Shown one piece after another: positions 1 through 9,186 of a stretch of DNA of 64,000 nt. The stretch is taken from contig CAIJYT010000092.1 of the NCBI GenBank assembly GCA_903824935.1, positions 13,119 to 77,118 on the forward strand. Direction: 5' to 3'. Position 1 is the first letter of the stretch, and the number at the start of each line of letters is the position of its first letter. The position numbers and the translations under genes were made by a program. The notes below the pieces were generated by a model. The model worked only from the letters and a program-made list of their open reading frames with translations. It was not told the origin of the DNA and made no database searches. The DNA comes from an uncultured Bacteroidales bacterium (lineage in GTDB: Bacteria; Bacteroidota; Bacteroidia; Bacteroidales; FEN-979).

Positions 1-1
1 A

Positions 2-1579
2 CAGAAACCAGCATGGGGTTATTACGAACATCCGCCAATGGTCGGCATGATGATAAGGGCGGGTTATGAGATCTTTCACAACGAGTTCGGTGTAAGGCTT
101 TTCTTCGTGATCATTAATACGCTTTCGTTTTACCTTGTCTCAAAGCTGGCCGGGGTAAAAGATCCTGTTTTGTTCGCAGCCCTTGGCTTTTCTGCGATAA
201 TAGCCCAGGCCGGTGGTTTTATGGCTGCACCGGATGTGCCCCTGCTTTTCTTCACCTTACTGTTTTTCCTGGTATACAAAAAGCTGCTCGAAGAGGAGTC
301 GCTATGGCTTGCTGCCGTGTGGGGAGTAATCATGGCAGCCATGATATACAGCAAGTATAACGGCATACTAGTCATCCTGTTCACAGTCATGTCGAACACG
401 AAGCTGTTCAAAAGCCGCTCTCTATATATTGCTGCCGCAAGCGGGATCATTTGCATGATACCCCATATCCTCTGGTCCTTCGCGAATGATCATCCGACAG
501 CATATTATCATCTCTTTGAAAGAAGTTTTGAGCAATTCAACATTTTAAAGTATTTCAGCGAATACATCGTTGGACAGGCAGGGATATACGGTCCGCTTAT
601 GGGGTTCATCTTTTTCTGGGCCATTATTGTATTCAGGCCGGTAAACACCTTCGAAAAGAGCCTTAAATTTACTTCCATCGGCATGCTGTTGTTTTTCCTG
701 GCTTATTCTTTCCGTGGCAAGATAGAGCCCAACTGGACGGTACCTGCTTTTGCTCCCATTCTGATCATAGGTTACAAGGTATGCAGCAACAGGGCCGGCT
801 TAAGGAAATGGATACTCGGACTGGCAGCAGTAAGCCTGGTTTTTACAGTCGGACTGAGGGTTTACCTAGTAAATGATTATTTAAAACTTCCGAGGAGCCT
901 TGTCAATTTATCCGAATTGTACGGATGGAAGGAATGGGCAGTGGAACTGGAAAAAAGAGCGGGCAGCAAGCCGGTGCTGTTCATGAACTCTTATCAGCGC
1001 TGCTCAAAATACATCTTCTATACAGGGAGGCCTGCTTATACCATGGACGATTATTCGGGTCACCGTACCCAGTATTATTACTGGAGCGATATGGAAAAAT
1101 GCCTGCAGGGCAGGGAAGTCATGATTGTTGATTTTCAGCCCTGGAGATTCCTGCCCGGCAAGCAATCCTTCGAGACTTCAAACCATATCATGACCTATTA
1201 CGGGTACTGGGGACCTTTCTATTCACATTACAAACTGGGCCTTAAATTCAGGCTGAAAGAACTACGATTCCCTGCGAATTCAATAATCACGCTGCCTATT
1301 ACTATTGTCAATCCCTACAAAGAAACAGTTACGTTCAATGAGAACCAGTGGATGCCTGCATGGCTGGTCTACCACATCCACTTCAGGGGTACCTTTATTG
1401 CCCAGGCAGTGCCATCGACCGACATCACTAAAATGATCATTCAGGGGGCAAGCAAGGATACCTCGATCCGCTTCCGCACGCCCTCCCAACCGGGGAATTA
1501 TTACTTTTGGGTCTCTGTTTCTTCTGGCTGGCTACCCCCTGCCCGGAACATGAACTATCAACAGATGGAGATCTTCTGA
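2..1579 (+). CDS. GT-C fold glycosyltransferase (ArnT/PMT-like, family 39/83), 5'-truncated by window edge
   Basis: Frame is open from position 2 (QKPAWGYYEHPPMVG, the WGYxD/EHPP motif); multi-TM protein with PDVPLL and SKYNG motifs. Confidence 0.8.
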   Translation, partial: QKPAWGYYEHPPMVGMMIRAGYEIFHNEFGVRLFFVIINTLSFYLVSKLAGVKDPVLFAALGFSAIIAQAGGFMAAPDVPLLFFTLLFFLVYKKLLEEESLWLAAVWGVIMAAMIYSKYNGILVILFTVMSNTKLFKSRSLYIAAASGIICMIPHILWSFANDHPTAYYHLFERSFEQFNILKYFSEYIVGQAGIYGPLMGFIFFWAIIVFRPVNTFEKSLKFTSIGMLLFFLAYSFRGKIEPNWTVPAFAPILIIGYKVCSNRAGLRKWILGLAAVSLVFTVGLRVYLVNDYLKLPRSLVNLSELYGWKEWAVELEKRAGSKPVLFMNSYQRCSKYIFYTGRPAYTMDDYSGHRTQYYYWSDMEKCLQGREVMIVDFQPWRFLPGKQSFETSNHIMTYYGYWGPFYSHYKLGLKFRLKELRFPANSIITLPITIVNPYKETVTFNENQWMPAWLVYHIHFRGTFIAQAVPSTDITKMIIQGASKDTSIRFRTPSQPGNYYFWVSVSSGWLPPARNMNYQQMEIF

Positions 1580-2655
1580 TGAAAACCTTTGACCTGTATA
1601 TCATCCGTAAATTCCTGGGGACGTTTTTCTTCACCCTGATACTGCTGATATTCATTGTCGTGATCTTTGACATTTCTGAAAGGATAGACGATTTCCTGCG
1701 CACAAAACCACCGCTGATGGCAATCATCGTTGATTATTACTTCAATTTCATCCCTTATTTCATCAACCTTTTCAGTTACCTTCTCACCTTTATTGCCGTT
1801 ATATTCTTTACTTCCAAGATGGCCTCAGATTCTGAGATCATTGCCATCCTGGCCAGCGGGGTCAGTTTTCGGAGGATGCTTTTCCCATACATACTTTCGG
1901 CCCTTATCCTTGCAAGCCTTTCTTTCGTGCTGGCCAACTTCATCATCCCATACACCAACCAGGGCATGTTCGCTTTTGAGAAGAAATACATCAAGGACCC
2001 CAAGGAGTTCAATGATATGAATATCCACCGCCAGATCAGCCCAGGCACTTTCATATATCTTGAGAACTTCAATGCCAGGTCAAAAAGCGGATGGAAGTTC
2101 ACTATCGAAAAGTTCGTGAACCGGGAACTGGTTTATAAGATGAAAGCCGAACGTCTCGACTGGGACAGTATCCGCAAGCGTTGGATCATTTCAACCTATT
2201 ATACAAGAAACCTTGACGGACTTAAGGAAAATATCCGCAAAGGTGTCAAGCTTGATACGGTATTGCCCCTTGTCCCAGCCGATTTCACGGAGGATATTGA
2301 AGAGGTGAAGATCATGAATTACTTTGTGCTCAGGGACCACATCAGGAAAAAGGAATTGCGTGGTGACCCGGATGTCATGAAGTATAAGGTCAAAGGCTAT
2401 ACCAGGGTTTCCGATCCCATTGCAACCATAATCCTGACCCTCATCGGTGTGGCGGTTTCTTCCCGCAAGGTAAGGGGAGGCATAGGATACCACCTTGGGC
2501 TCGGGCTCTCACTTACTTTTCTTTATATCCTTTTCATGCAGATCTCCACGGTCTTTGCCACCTTCGGCAACCTGCCTCCGCTGATTGCAGTTTGGATCCC
2601 CAATATTATTTTCGGGATTATTGCTTTGATCCTTCTCAGGCTGGCGCCGAAGTAA
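1579..2655 (+). CDS. LptF/LptG family LPS export permease
   Basis: Starts MKTFDLYIIRKFL; SEIIAILASGVSFRR motif; ends AVWIPNIIFG; ATG overlaps the upstream TGA (TGATG), so 1579 is preferred over 1507. Confidence 0.9.
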   Translation: MKTFDLYIIRKFLGTFFFTLILLIFIVVIFDISERIDDFLRTKPPLMAIIVDYYFNFIPYFINLFSYLLTFIAVIFFTSKMASDSEIIAILASGVSFRRMLFPYILSALILASLSFVLANFIIPYTNQGMFAFEKKYIKDPKEFNDMNIHRQISPGTFIYLENFNARSKSGWKFTIEKFVNRELVYKMKAERLDWDSIRKRWIISTYYTRNLDGLKENIRKGVKLDTVLPLVPADFTEDIEEVKIMNYFVLRDHIRKKELRGDPDVMKYKVKGYTRVSDPIATIILTLIGVAVSSRKVRGGIGYHLGLGLSLTFLYILFMQISTVFATFGNLPPLIAVWIPNIIFGIIALILLRLAPK

Positions 2656-2726
2656 GTCGGCAGTCAGCAGTCAGCAGTCTGCCGACTCTTTTCAACTGCC
2701 GACAGCAGACTGCCGACTGCCGACTG
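2655..2726. repeat. Heptamer tandem-repeat inverted element (AGTCRGC arm / CTGCCGA arm)
   Basis: agtcggc agtcagc agtcagc agtc followed by ctgccgac...ctgccgactgccgactg; lies between convergent genes and overlaps the ispE 3' end. Confidence 0.85.
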
Positions 2727-3534
2727 TCTTTGATATCCATACAAAGCATCCCGGGAACAGGCCTTCAACGGGAGGGATTTCACTGAACAAGCCATAAACC
2801 GCCGAGCCGCTTCCGCTCATGGCTGAATATATTGCTCCTTTATTATAGAGCAGGTCTTTGATCTGGCCGATCAGGGGATATTTGCTGCAAACCGGGGCTT
2901 CGAAATCATTGACCAGTTTACCTTTCCACTCGCTGACAGGAAGAGAGACAATCTCTTTGAGCAGTTTTGCAGGCTTCGTGGGCTGTATCATGGAATAGGC
3001 ATCCGAGGTGCTCACATGAACCTGTGGGATAACGATGAGCATATATAATCCGGAAAGGTTCAGCTGAATTTTCTCAAGCTGTTCTCCCCTTCCCTTTGCA
3101 AAAGAAGGGGTGTTCTCAATAAAAAACGTGCAGTCGCTGCCAAGCCTCGAAGCAAAGGCCTTCAGGTGAGCAGTGCTTAAACCCAGTTTGAAAAGTTCAT
3201 TGAGCCCTGTCAGGGTATACGCGCCGTCGGAGGAACCTCCGCCCAGTCCTGACCCTATAGGGACTATTTTTTCAAGACGGATGTTGACAGCAGGAATCTG
3301 AAAATGTTCTTTCATTAACTCGTATGCCTTCACACAAAGGTTGGTCGCCGGATCACCCGGGATCTTCAAACCCGTGGATGAGAAACGGAATTGGCCATCC
3401 GCCGAAAGGGTTATTTCAAGTGAATCACTTAACCCCAGTGGGAAGAAAACGGTTTCGATATCATGATAGCCGTCAGCACGTTTTCGCACGACGTGTAAGC
3501 CAAGGTTTATCTTACTGTTAGGTTTCAGTACCAT
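2692..3534 (-). CDS. ispE: 4-diphosphocytidyl-2-C-methyl-D-erythritol kinase
   Basis: KINLGLHV, GYHDIET, PIGSGLGGGSSD, GSDC and MSGSGS motifs of the GHMP kinase IspE. Confidence 0.95.
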   Translation of the reverse strand: MVLKPNSKINLGLHVVRKRADGYHDIETVFFPLGLSDSLEITLSADGQFRFSSTGLKIPGDPATNLCVKAYELMKEHFQIPAVNIRLEKIVPIGSGLGGGSSDGAYTLTGLNELFKLGLSTAHLKAFASRLGSDCTFFIENTPSFAKGRGEQLEKIQLNLSGLYMLIVIPQVHVSTSDAYSMIQPTKPAKLLKEIVSLPVSEWKGKLVNDFEAPVCSKYPLIGQIKDLLYNKGAIYSAMSGSGSAVYGLFSEIPPVEGLFPGCFVWISKTVGSRQSAVGS

Positions 3535-3542
3535 TGTATTTC

Positions 3543-4772
3543 CTACTTTTCGCCGGGCAGGTTTGCCGGCCTTGCAAAGGCTGCGGTTTTCACAAAATTA
3601 CTGTCGGTCAAAGTTAAGATGAATTTCTTCAGGTCCGATTTCCCGGAAGGAGTAAGTTGAACCCCGTGGGTTGCGACATGGTGCATCAGCGGACTTATAC
3701 TGGGCGACCATACGACTACTGAACTGTAAAAATCTATGACCTCATCCAGGGTTTTAAAACGGCCGTCATGCATATAAGGCGCAGTGAACACAACATTCCT
3801 GAGGGTTGGTGCCACATATGCGCCAATATCCATTGAATTCCCTGTAAAACCGGCCCTGTCGAAGGGGTCGGTGAACACCGAATCCTTGCCATTGTTATAA
3901 AAAAGATTGGTGGTGAACAAAGGGTTGCCTTCCCCGCCATGGCAGTGAAAACAATCCCCTCCCATCTCGGTCATGAACAGGTTATACCCCCTTCGCTCAG
4001 GCTCGCTTAGTTGGGCCTTACCCTGCAGAAACCTGTCGAACTTCGAATCGGCCGATACCAGAGTGCGCACAAACTGCGCAATAGCCCGCCCCATATTCTT
4101 TACCGTTACGGTGGAACTGCCAAAAGCCTTGTTAAACATTTCAGGATAGCCGCTGGTACTCTGGATAAGCGCTTTGGAACGGTTTGTATCCCCGGCCATT
4201 TCATGCGGGTCGGTAATTACAATCCAGGTCATATCTTCCAGAAAGCGTTTTTCCTTTACCGGGTTCCCGTGAGCAAGGGACCCGTTCCAGGTAAACCCGT
4301 TATTGACCCAGGCTATATTGATAAGGGGAAGCATGAAATGCGGGGTGAATATACCTGAAAGACCATACGGATGACCGCCGGGGAAACGGGGATTATCAAT
4401 TCCGCAGACAAACGAATGCGACTGAAGATGGCAGGTTGAACAGCTCATCAGGGAATCAGGGTCAGTGCGGCCCGAAACCCTTCCGTCGTAAAACAGATTA
4501 CGCCCGAGCTCAACTCCTTCAACAGTCATAGGATTATCGGCCGGGATGTTAAGTTCGGTGGGAAAATATTTTGGAATGCTGATGACGTATGGAGTTGGCT
4601 TTACCGTGGTGGATTGCTGCGAACTTTTCGTACAGGCGGCTGAAAGCATGACCATGAAAGCGAGCAAGATGAGGGATGCGGGATGCGGGTTGCGGGTTGC
4701 AGGATGCGGGCTGCAGGGTCTTTTACCTGCATCAATTCTCATCTCACATCCCGTATCTTGCATCCTCTTCAT
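3543..4772 (-). CDS. Di-heme cytochrome c peroxidase family lipoprotein (bCcP/MauG/MbnH-like)
   Basis: Two CxxCH motifs (CSTCH, CFHCH), LGRNLFYD, PTLRNV, PYMHDG; lipobox LSAAC; start placed at ATG 4772 just after the upstream stop (uncertain). Confidence 0.85.
   Translation of the reverse strand: MKRMQDTGCEMRIDAGKRPCSPHPATRNPHPASLILLAFMVMLSAACTKSSQQSTTVKPTPYVISIPKYFPTELNIPADNPMTVEGVELGRNLFYDGRVSGRTDPDSLMSCSTCHLQSHSFVCGIDNPRFPGGHPYGLSGIFTPHFMLPLINIAWVNNGFTWNGSLAHGNPVKEKRFLEDMTWIVITDPHEMAGDTNRSKALIQSTSGYPEMFNKAFGSSTVTVKNMGRAIAQFVRTLVSADSKFDRFLQGKAQLSEPERRGYNLFMTEMGGDCFHCHGGEGNPLFTTNLFYNNGKDSVFTDPFDRAGFTGNSMDIGAYVAPTLRNVVFTAPYMHDGRFKTLDEVIDFYSSVVVWSPSISPLMHHVATHGVQLTPSGKSDLKKFILTLTDSNFVKTAAFARPANLPGEK
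4671..4767. repeat. Heptamer tandem-repeat inverted element (GGATGCG arm / CATCCYG-like arm) inside the peroxidase 5' end
   Basis: ggatgcg ggatgcg ggttgcg ggttgca ggatgcg ggctgca followed by catctcacatcccgtatcttgcatcctc. Confidence 0.8.
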
Positions 4773-4779
4773 CACCAAA

Positions 4780-5643
4780 TCATTTCCCCCCGCTGGTGAA
4801 CCTGACGGTAAAAGCATTTTTCCCGTTGAGACAGGCATTATGGATTGCAACCTGGTTCTGCATCATCATATTCGGGTATTTTGCAAAATCAAAGTCATTA
4901 TTGCCCGAAAACCAGCGATTGACATTCATCGTAATAATCATATTCCTGGTCTGGCCCTCTCCTATCGAGAAAGCAGATGCAGGCAGGTTCACAAAGAAGT
5001 AATTCTGAACATACCTTTCAATTGAATCCGGGTCGATGTAATTGTCCCTGTATATCTGTCCAATACCAAGATGAAAATCAAAAGGGAAGGTCCTGCTCAG
5101 CCCCGATTTTGTCCACATGAGGTTCATCTTCATGTAATGGTATCCGCCCCCCAGGATATCCGGCCAGTTCATATCCCTTTCAGGCGGATTGGGGAAACGG
5201 TAAGAATAATTTTTTTCGGCGCTGATTCCGAAAGTGAAGGATATTGAATCAAAAGTCCCCGAGGGAACCGATGAGTTGATGACCCATTGCCGACTAGACG
5301 GAATTCTCTCATCCACATAATGTATTCCGTTATTATTCAATGAAGTATAAATAAGGCCGTCATTCCTGTGCAGCCTGATGTCGGAGATGAAATACTGCAG
5401 ATCGGAGACCAGGTAATAGTCGGAGGACGCATTTTTATAGATCAGCGTATCGAGCAGCAGAGGTATGCTGTCGACCTGATTTACAAAACTCACCATCAGG
5501 GTGGTGGCTTTTGGCTGACCTTCTTCCGCAACACCTGATTTATTGCAGGACTGGCACATCAGCATGCAGAAAACACTGAATAAACAGGCTATTGCTGCAA
5601 AGCTGGTGATTTTTACGTTTTTCATGACTGCGGATGTCTTCAT
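4780..5643 (-). CDS. MbnP-like lipoprotein
   Basis: Lipobox CQSC; LQYFISDIRL, ISFTFG, GGYHYMKM and FHLGIG motifs; directly upstream of the di-heme peroxidase, as in MbnP/MbnH pairs. Confidence 0.65.
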   Translation of the reverse strand: MKTSAVMKNVKITSFAAIACLFSVFCMLMCQSCNKSGVAEEGQPKATTLMVSFVNQVDSIPLLLDTLIYKNASSDYYLVSDLQYFISDIRLHRNDGLIYTSLNNNGIHYVDERIPSSRQWVINSSVPSGTFDSISFTFGISAEKNYSYRFPNPPERDMNWPDILGGGYHYMKMNLMWTKSGLSRTFPFDFHLGIGQIYRDNYIDPDSIERYVQNYFFVNLPASAFSIGEGQTRNMIITMNVNRWFSGNNDFDFAKYPNMMMQNQVAIHNACLNGKNAFTVRFTSGGK

Positions 5644-6320
5644 GTAAGCCTCCAGTCTATTTCGTCCTTGCCCATCTGCCTGAGCAGTTCATTGACCCGG
5701 GAAAAATGCCTGCAGCCGAAAAAACCCCTGTTGGCAGAGAACGGCGAAGGATGGGGAGATTTGAGGATGAAATGCTTCGTTTGATCAATCAGTATGGTTT
5801 TGGCTTCGGCAAACTTCCCCCATAAAACAAAGATAAGACCTTCGCTGCGCTCCGAAAGTTGCCTGATGGCTTCATCGGTGAATGTTTCCCAGCCTTTATT
5901 GTGGTGGGAGCCTGGCTGGTTTTCACGGACCGTCAGGGTGGCATTGAGCAAAAGCACTCCCTGGCGTGCCCAGGCGGTAAGGTTGCCCGACTTTGGAGGA
6001 GGCAGCCTGAGATCACTTTCAATTTCCTTGAAAATATTGACCAGGGATGGAGGTTTTGTTATCCCGTCGAGAACAGAAAAACATAAGCCGTGGGCTTCAC
6101 CGGTTCCGTGGTAGGGATCCTGACCAAGGATCACGACCTTGACACTGCCGAACGGGGTTTGATTGAACGCATTGAAAATCAACGGTCCTGGGGGAAATAC
6201 TTTGTGTTTCTTTTTCTCTTCCACCAGAAATGCCTTAAGTTCAGACATATATGGTTTAGCGAATTCGTTTCCAAGGACGATTTTCCAACTTTCTTCTATC
6301 GCAGGATTAAGTTGTTCCAT
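5640..6320 (-). CDS. ung: Uracil-DNA glycosylase
   Basis: GQDPYH, HGLCFSV, GVLLLN and HPSPFS motifs. Confidence 0.97.
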   Translation of the reverse strand: MEQLNPAIEESWKIVLGNEFAKPYMSELKAFLVEEKKKHKVFPPGPLIFNAFNQTPFGSVKVVILGQDPYHGTGEAHGLCFSVLDGITKPPSLVNIFKEIESDLRLPPPKSGNLTAWARQGVLLLNATLTVRENQPGSHHNKGWETFTDEAIRQLSERSEGLIFVLWGKFAEAKTILIDQTKHFILKSPHPSPFSANRGFFGCRHFSRVNELLRQMGKDEIDWRLT

Positions 6321-6405
6321 CAGGGATTTTAGGTTTTAAACCTTACAGGGTTAATAACTTTAAACAATAATGTGCTTAAACTGGAGTTTTCTATTTAATA
6401 TTGCA

Positions 6406-6413
6406 TACCTTTG
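6406..6413 (+). promoter_or_regulatory. Bacteroidota -7 promoter element TACCTTTG
   Basis: Matches TAnnTTTG about 30 nt upstream of the ATG at 6443. Confidence 0.6.
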
Positions 6414-6442
6414 CAAAACTTTATAAATCCCGGTTTATCATC

Positions 6443-6565
6443 ATGAGAAAAATAGCCATCCTATTACTTGTAGTGATACTTTCAGGTATCGTTCTTTCGT
6501 GCACCTCCAACAGGGGTTGTGCTGCTTACGGCGAAAAGCAAAGATACCAAATGGAACGTCGCTGA
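6443..6565 (+). CDS. Small 40-aa lipoprotein (absent from the ORF track)
   Basis: MRKIAILLLVVILSGIVLSCTSNRGCAAYGEKQRYQMERR*; basic N-region, hydrophobic core, lipobox VLSC; has its own promoter and terminator. Confidence 0.75.
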   Translation: MRKIAILLLVVILSGIVLSCTSNRGCAAYGEKQRYQMERR

Positions 6566-6586
6566 TCACCTCTTAAAAGAATTTTT

Positions 6587-6619
6587 AGGCTGCCCTTTCT
6601 TTATAAGGGCAGCCTTTTT
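6587..6619 (+). terminator. Intrinsic terminator
   Basis: AGGCTGCCCTT-loop-AAGGGCAGCCT followed by a T tract. Confidence 0.8.
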
Positions 6620-6654
6620 ATTTTTCTTAATTTTGTTATCCCTTTCTCCGGCGC

Positions 6655-7413
6655 ATGAAAAAGATCTCCTTTGTGCTCATTCTCTTTGTTGCGATTCCCT
6701 GCTTTATTCAGGCCCAGGAGAAATTCACCGATTACAGTGACTCTGTGCCCGACAATGTATTGTTTGAAAGGCAGTGGAGCCTGGGCGCCATGCTGCACTC
6801 CAACGGATGGGGCCTCAAATTCAGGAAAGGATATAACCTTACCGCCCTGAAGCAGTTTATGTGGGAGCTGGAATGGTCCACCTACAAATCGGCCAAGGAA
6901 GTGAAGGTGGTCAACCCGTATTACTCCGATTCCAGGCCTTTTATTTTCGGAAAACTGAATTATGTTTCCTTCCTGAGGGGAGGCGTGGGGGTTAACTACA
7001 TTTTTAACCGAAAGCCTTACTGGGGCGGCGTCCAGGTAAGCGGTTTGCTTTACGGAGGATTGAGTATCGGGATCACCAAACCTGCATATGTTTTTGTGGC
7101 TTATCCCACTATCGGGAATAATTATGAGCTGCGTGAGCAAAAGTATTCGGCCGATATCAACCCCGATTATATTTATGGGCGGGGATCATTCCTCGCAGGA
7201 ATACTGGAACTGAATTTCTTCCCCGGCCTGTACGCTAAAACCGGTTTGGATTTTGAATTCGGCAGCAAGAATAAAATGATTTCATCGCTGGAAGCAGGCG
7301 CCACGCTTGATTACAGCCCGATCGGCATCCCCATCATGGCCCTGAATCCGAAGCAGAATTTTTTTCTCACGGTATATGTGAGCGCGATGTTCGGGAAGAG
7401 GTACAACAGGTAG
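6655..7413 (+). CDS. Exported protein, probable outer-membrane beta-barrel of unknown function
   Basis: Signal peptide ending IQA; alternating aromatic/Gly beta-strand pattern; ends SAMFGKRYNR. Confidence 0.7.
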   Translation: MKKISFVLILFVAIPCFIQAQEKFTDYSDSVPDNVLFERQWSLGAMLHSNGWGLKFRKGYNLTALKQFMWELEWSTYKSAKEVKVVNPYYSDSRPFIFGKLNYVSFLRGGVGVNYIFNRKPYWGGVQVSGLLYGGLSIGITKPAYVFVAYPTIGNNYELREQKYSADINPDYIYGRGSFLAGILELNFFPGLYAKTGLDFEFGSKNKMISSLEAGATLDYSPIGIPIMALNPKQNFFLTVYVSAMFGKRYNR

Positions 7414-7437
7414 TCGCTCGCACAGCGCACCGCCGCT

Positions 7438-7563
7438 ATCGCTTGCATATCTTATCGCCGCTACGGTGACAGCGGAGCGATGTGATGGTAGGCTCCTCAA
7501 GTTTATCCCAGGCTCCTCGCACCTGATACGGCTCATGTGATATGCTTCGCTTGAGATAATTTC
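7438..7563. repeat. Dispersed ~126-nt structured element, copy 1 (candidate ncRNA or MITE/REP-like element)
   Basis: Its reverse complement aligns almost without gaps to 14507-14633 (about 98/127 identities by hand); nested inverted segments. Confidence 0.75.
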
Positions 7564-8305
7564 ACACATGAAATGATATTTCTCCATGATTAAATATCCG
7601 GATCTTTCCATCTTGGGTCATTATGAGCAAACGGCCCAGGTCGTCAACACTTTTTATCCGCCCGGTGAATAAGGAAGAACCGGATGTAAATTCAAGGTCG
7701 CTCCCATATCCGAAGAGAGAAGAATTATAATCATTATTGATTGAATTGAATTCGCCCCGGATCAGCCTGGAATATTCCAGGTCGAGGTTTTGACAGGTAC
7801 TTTCAAGGAATTTTTCATTTTCGTGATCGAGGCCGGTAAGTTGTTTCAATGATACCGGGTTTGGGAGGTTTGTCGGGAATTCCTGCTGGTTCAGGTTAAC
7901 GCCGATACCGATAATTGAATGCTTCAGGGAATTGCCCATGATGGTGTGCTCGATCAGTATCCCGGCAATTTTCCGGATCCCGGCGTAAATGTCGTTGGGC
8001 CATTTGATGGAAGTTATAGTTTCAGACGAAAGAGACTGCTTCACCGAATTCATCACTGCCAGGGCGATGGCTTTGTTGAGGATGAACTGTTTGTGGGGCG
8101 GAAGAAATACCGGCTCAAGTACCAGGCTGAATGTCAGGTTCATACCAGCCTGCGAATGCCAGGTGTTCTCGCCCTGACCCCGCCCTGCATACTGTTCCCT
8201 GGCCATGATCACAGTACCTTCGCCGGCTTTTGACTCATCAATCATGCGGCGGACAAAGGCATTGGTGGAATCAACACGATCAATTACAGTTACTGAAAAC
8301 TTCAT
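7562..8305 (-). CDS. birA: Biotin-protein ligase (class I, no HTH)
   Basis: VDSTN, QYAGRGQ, KWPND, KIAGIL and GIGVN motifs. Confidence 0.93.
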   Translation of the reverse strand: MKFSVTVIDRVDSTNAFVRRMIDESKAGEGTVIMAREQYAGRGQGENTWHSQAGMNLTFSLVLEPVFLPPHKQFILNKAIALAVMNSVKQSLSSETITSIKWPNDIYAGIRKIAGILIEHTIMGNSLKHSIIGIGVNLNQQEFPTNLPNPVSLKQLTGLDHENEKFLESTCQNLDLEYSRLIRGEFNSINNDYNSSLFGYGSDLEFTSGSSLFTGRIKSVDDLGRLLIMTQDGKIRIFNHGEISFHV

Positions 8306-8392
8306 AATGCCGGAATTTCATCTGCAAACATAAATATAATTACAAAAGTGGTATCACTTGTTGACATATGGCGGATTAAGTAAGAAAACATC

Positions 8393-9091
8393 ATGGATAA
8401 TTACGTCAATCACATTCCCATCAGCAAATGGGCCGAAGACGACAGGCCCAGGGAGAAACTTGAAACCAAAGGCAGGCATGCGCTGAGCGATACCGAACTC
8501 CTGGCGATACTGATCAGCACCGGGACAAGGCGGGAGTCGGCCGTGGATCTGTCGAAGAACCTCTTGCAAAGAGCAAGCAACAACCTGATCGAACTGTCAA
8601 AAATGTGCCTGAGCGACCTTATCAAAGAGAAGGGTATAGGCAAGGCAAAGGCACTTACGATCATGGCGGCGCTTGAGCTCGGCCGCAGGAGGAATGAAGC
8701 CGGGGCTGTGTGCCTTGAAAAGATCACCCAGAGCCGGCAGGCTTATGAGATATTCAACAGCCTCATGGGCGACCATCTTTACGAGCAGTTCTGGATGCTG
8801 CTGCTGAACCGGGGGAATAAACTTCTGCGCAAGATCCAGATCAGCGAGGGTGGGATCTCAGGGACGGTGGTGGATCCTAAAAAAATCTTCAACATTGTGC
8901 TGGAATTTCATGCTTCCTCAATAATAATAGGGCACAATCATCCTTCGGGAAACCTCGAACCCAGCGAAGCCGACCGAAAACTTACGAGGAAGATCAGGGA
9001 TGCCGGGCTGTTGCTCGATATTGATGTGCTTGACCATATCATCGTGGGGGATGACAGCTATTACAGCTTCGCTGACCAGGGGGAGATGTGA
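8393..9091 (+). CDS. radC: RadC/JAB domain protein
   Basis: DRPREKL, LSDTELLAIL, HNHPSG and LDHIIVG motifs. Confidence 0.95.
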   Translation: MDNYVNHIPISKWAEDDRPREKLETKGRHALSDTELLAILISTGTRRESAVDLSKNLLQRASNNLIELSKMCLSDLIKEKGIGKAKALTIMAALELGRRRNEAGAVCLEKITQSRQAYEIFNSLMGDHLYEQFWMLLLNRGNKLLRKIQISEGGISGTVVDPKKIFNIVLEFHASSIIIGHNHPSGNLEPSEADRKLTRKIRDAGLLLDIDVLDHIIVGDDSYYSFADQGEM

Positions 9092-9097
9092 GAAGAT

Positions 9098-9158
9098 AGT
9101 CGGCAGTCGGCAGTCAACAGGAAAAAAGTCAGCAGTCGACAGTCGACAGTCGACACTC
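9098..9158 (+). repeat. Heptamer tandem repeats (AGTCRRC), single orientation
   Basis: agtcggc agtcggc agtcaac ... agtcagc agtcgac agtcgac agtcgac, starting 7 nt after the radC stop. Confidence 0.85.
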
Positions 9159-9163
9159 AATTT

Positions 9164-9186
9164 GCACATCGTACATTGTACATTCA
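9164..9186 (-). repeat. Heptamer tandem repeats (ATGTACR)
   Basis: Minus strand reads atgtaca atgtacg atgtgc just after the deacetylase stop; same unit as at 26732. Confidence 0.65.

Noticed and set aside
7282..7611. 109-aa minus-strand ORF spanning the structured element
   Set aside because: Overlaps both neighbouring genes; the equivalent frame in copy 2 hits a stop and its substitutions are mostly non-synonymous
8393..9091. radC as a marker of a mobile element
   Set aside because: Full-length chromosomal type among housekeeping genes; no integrase or conjugation genes nearby
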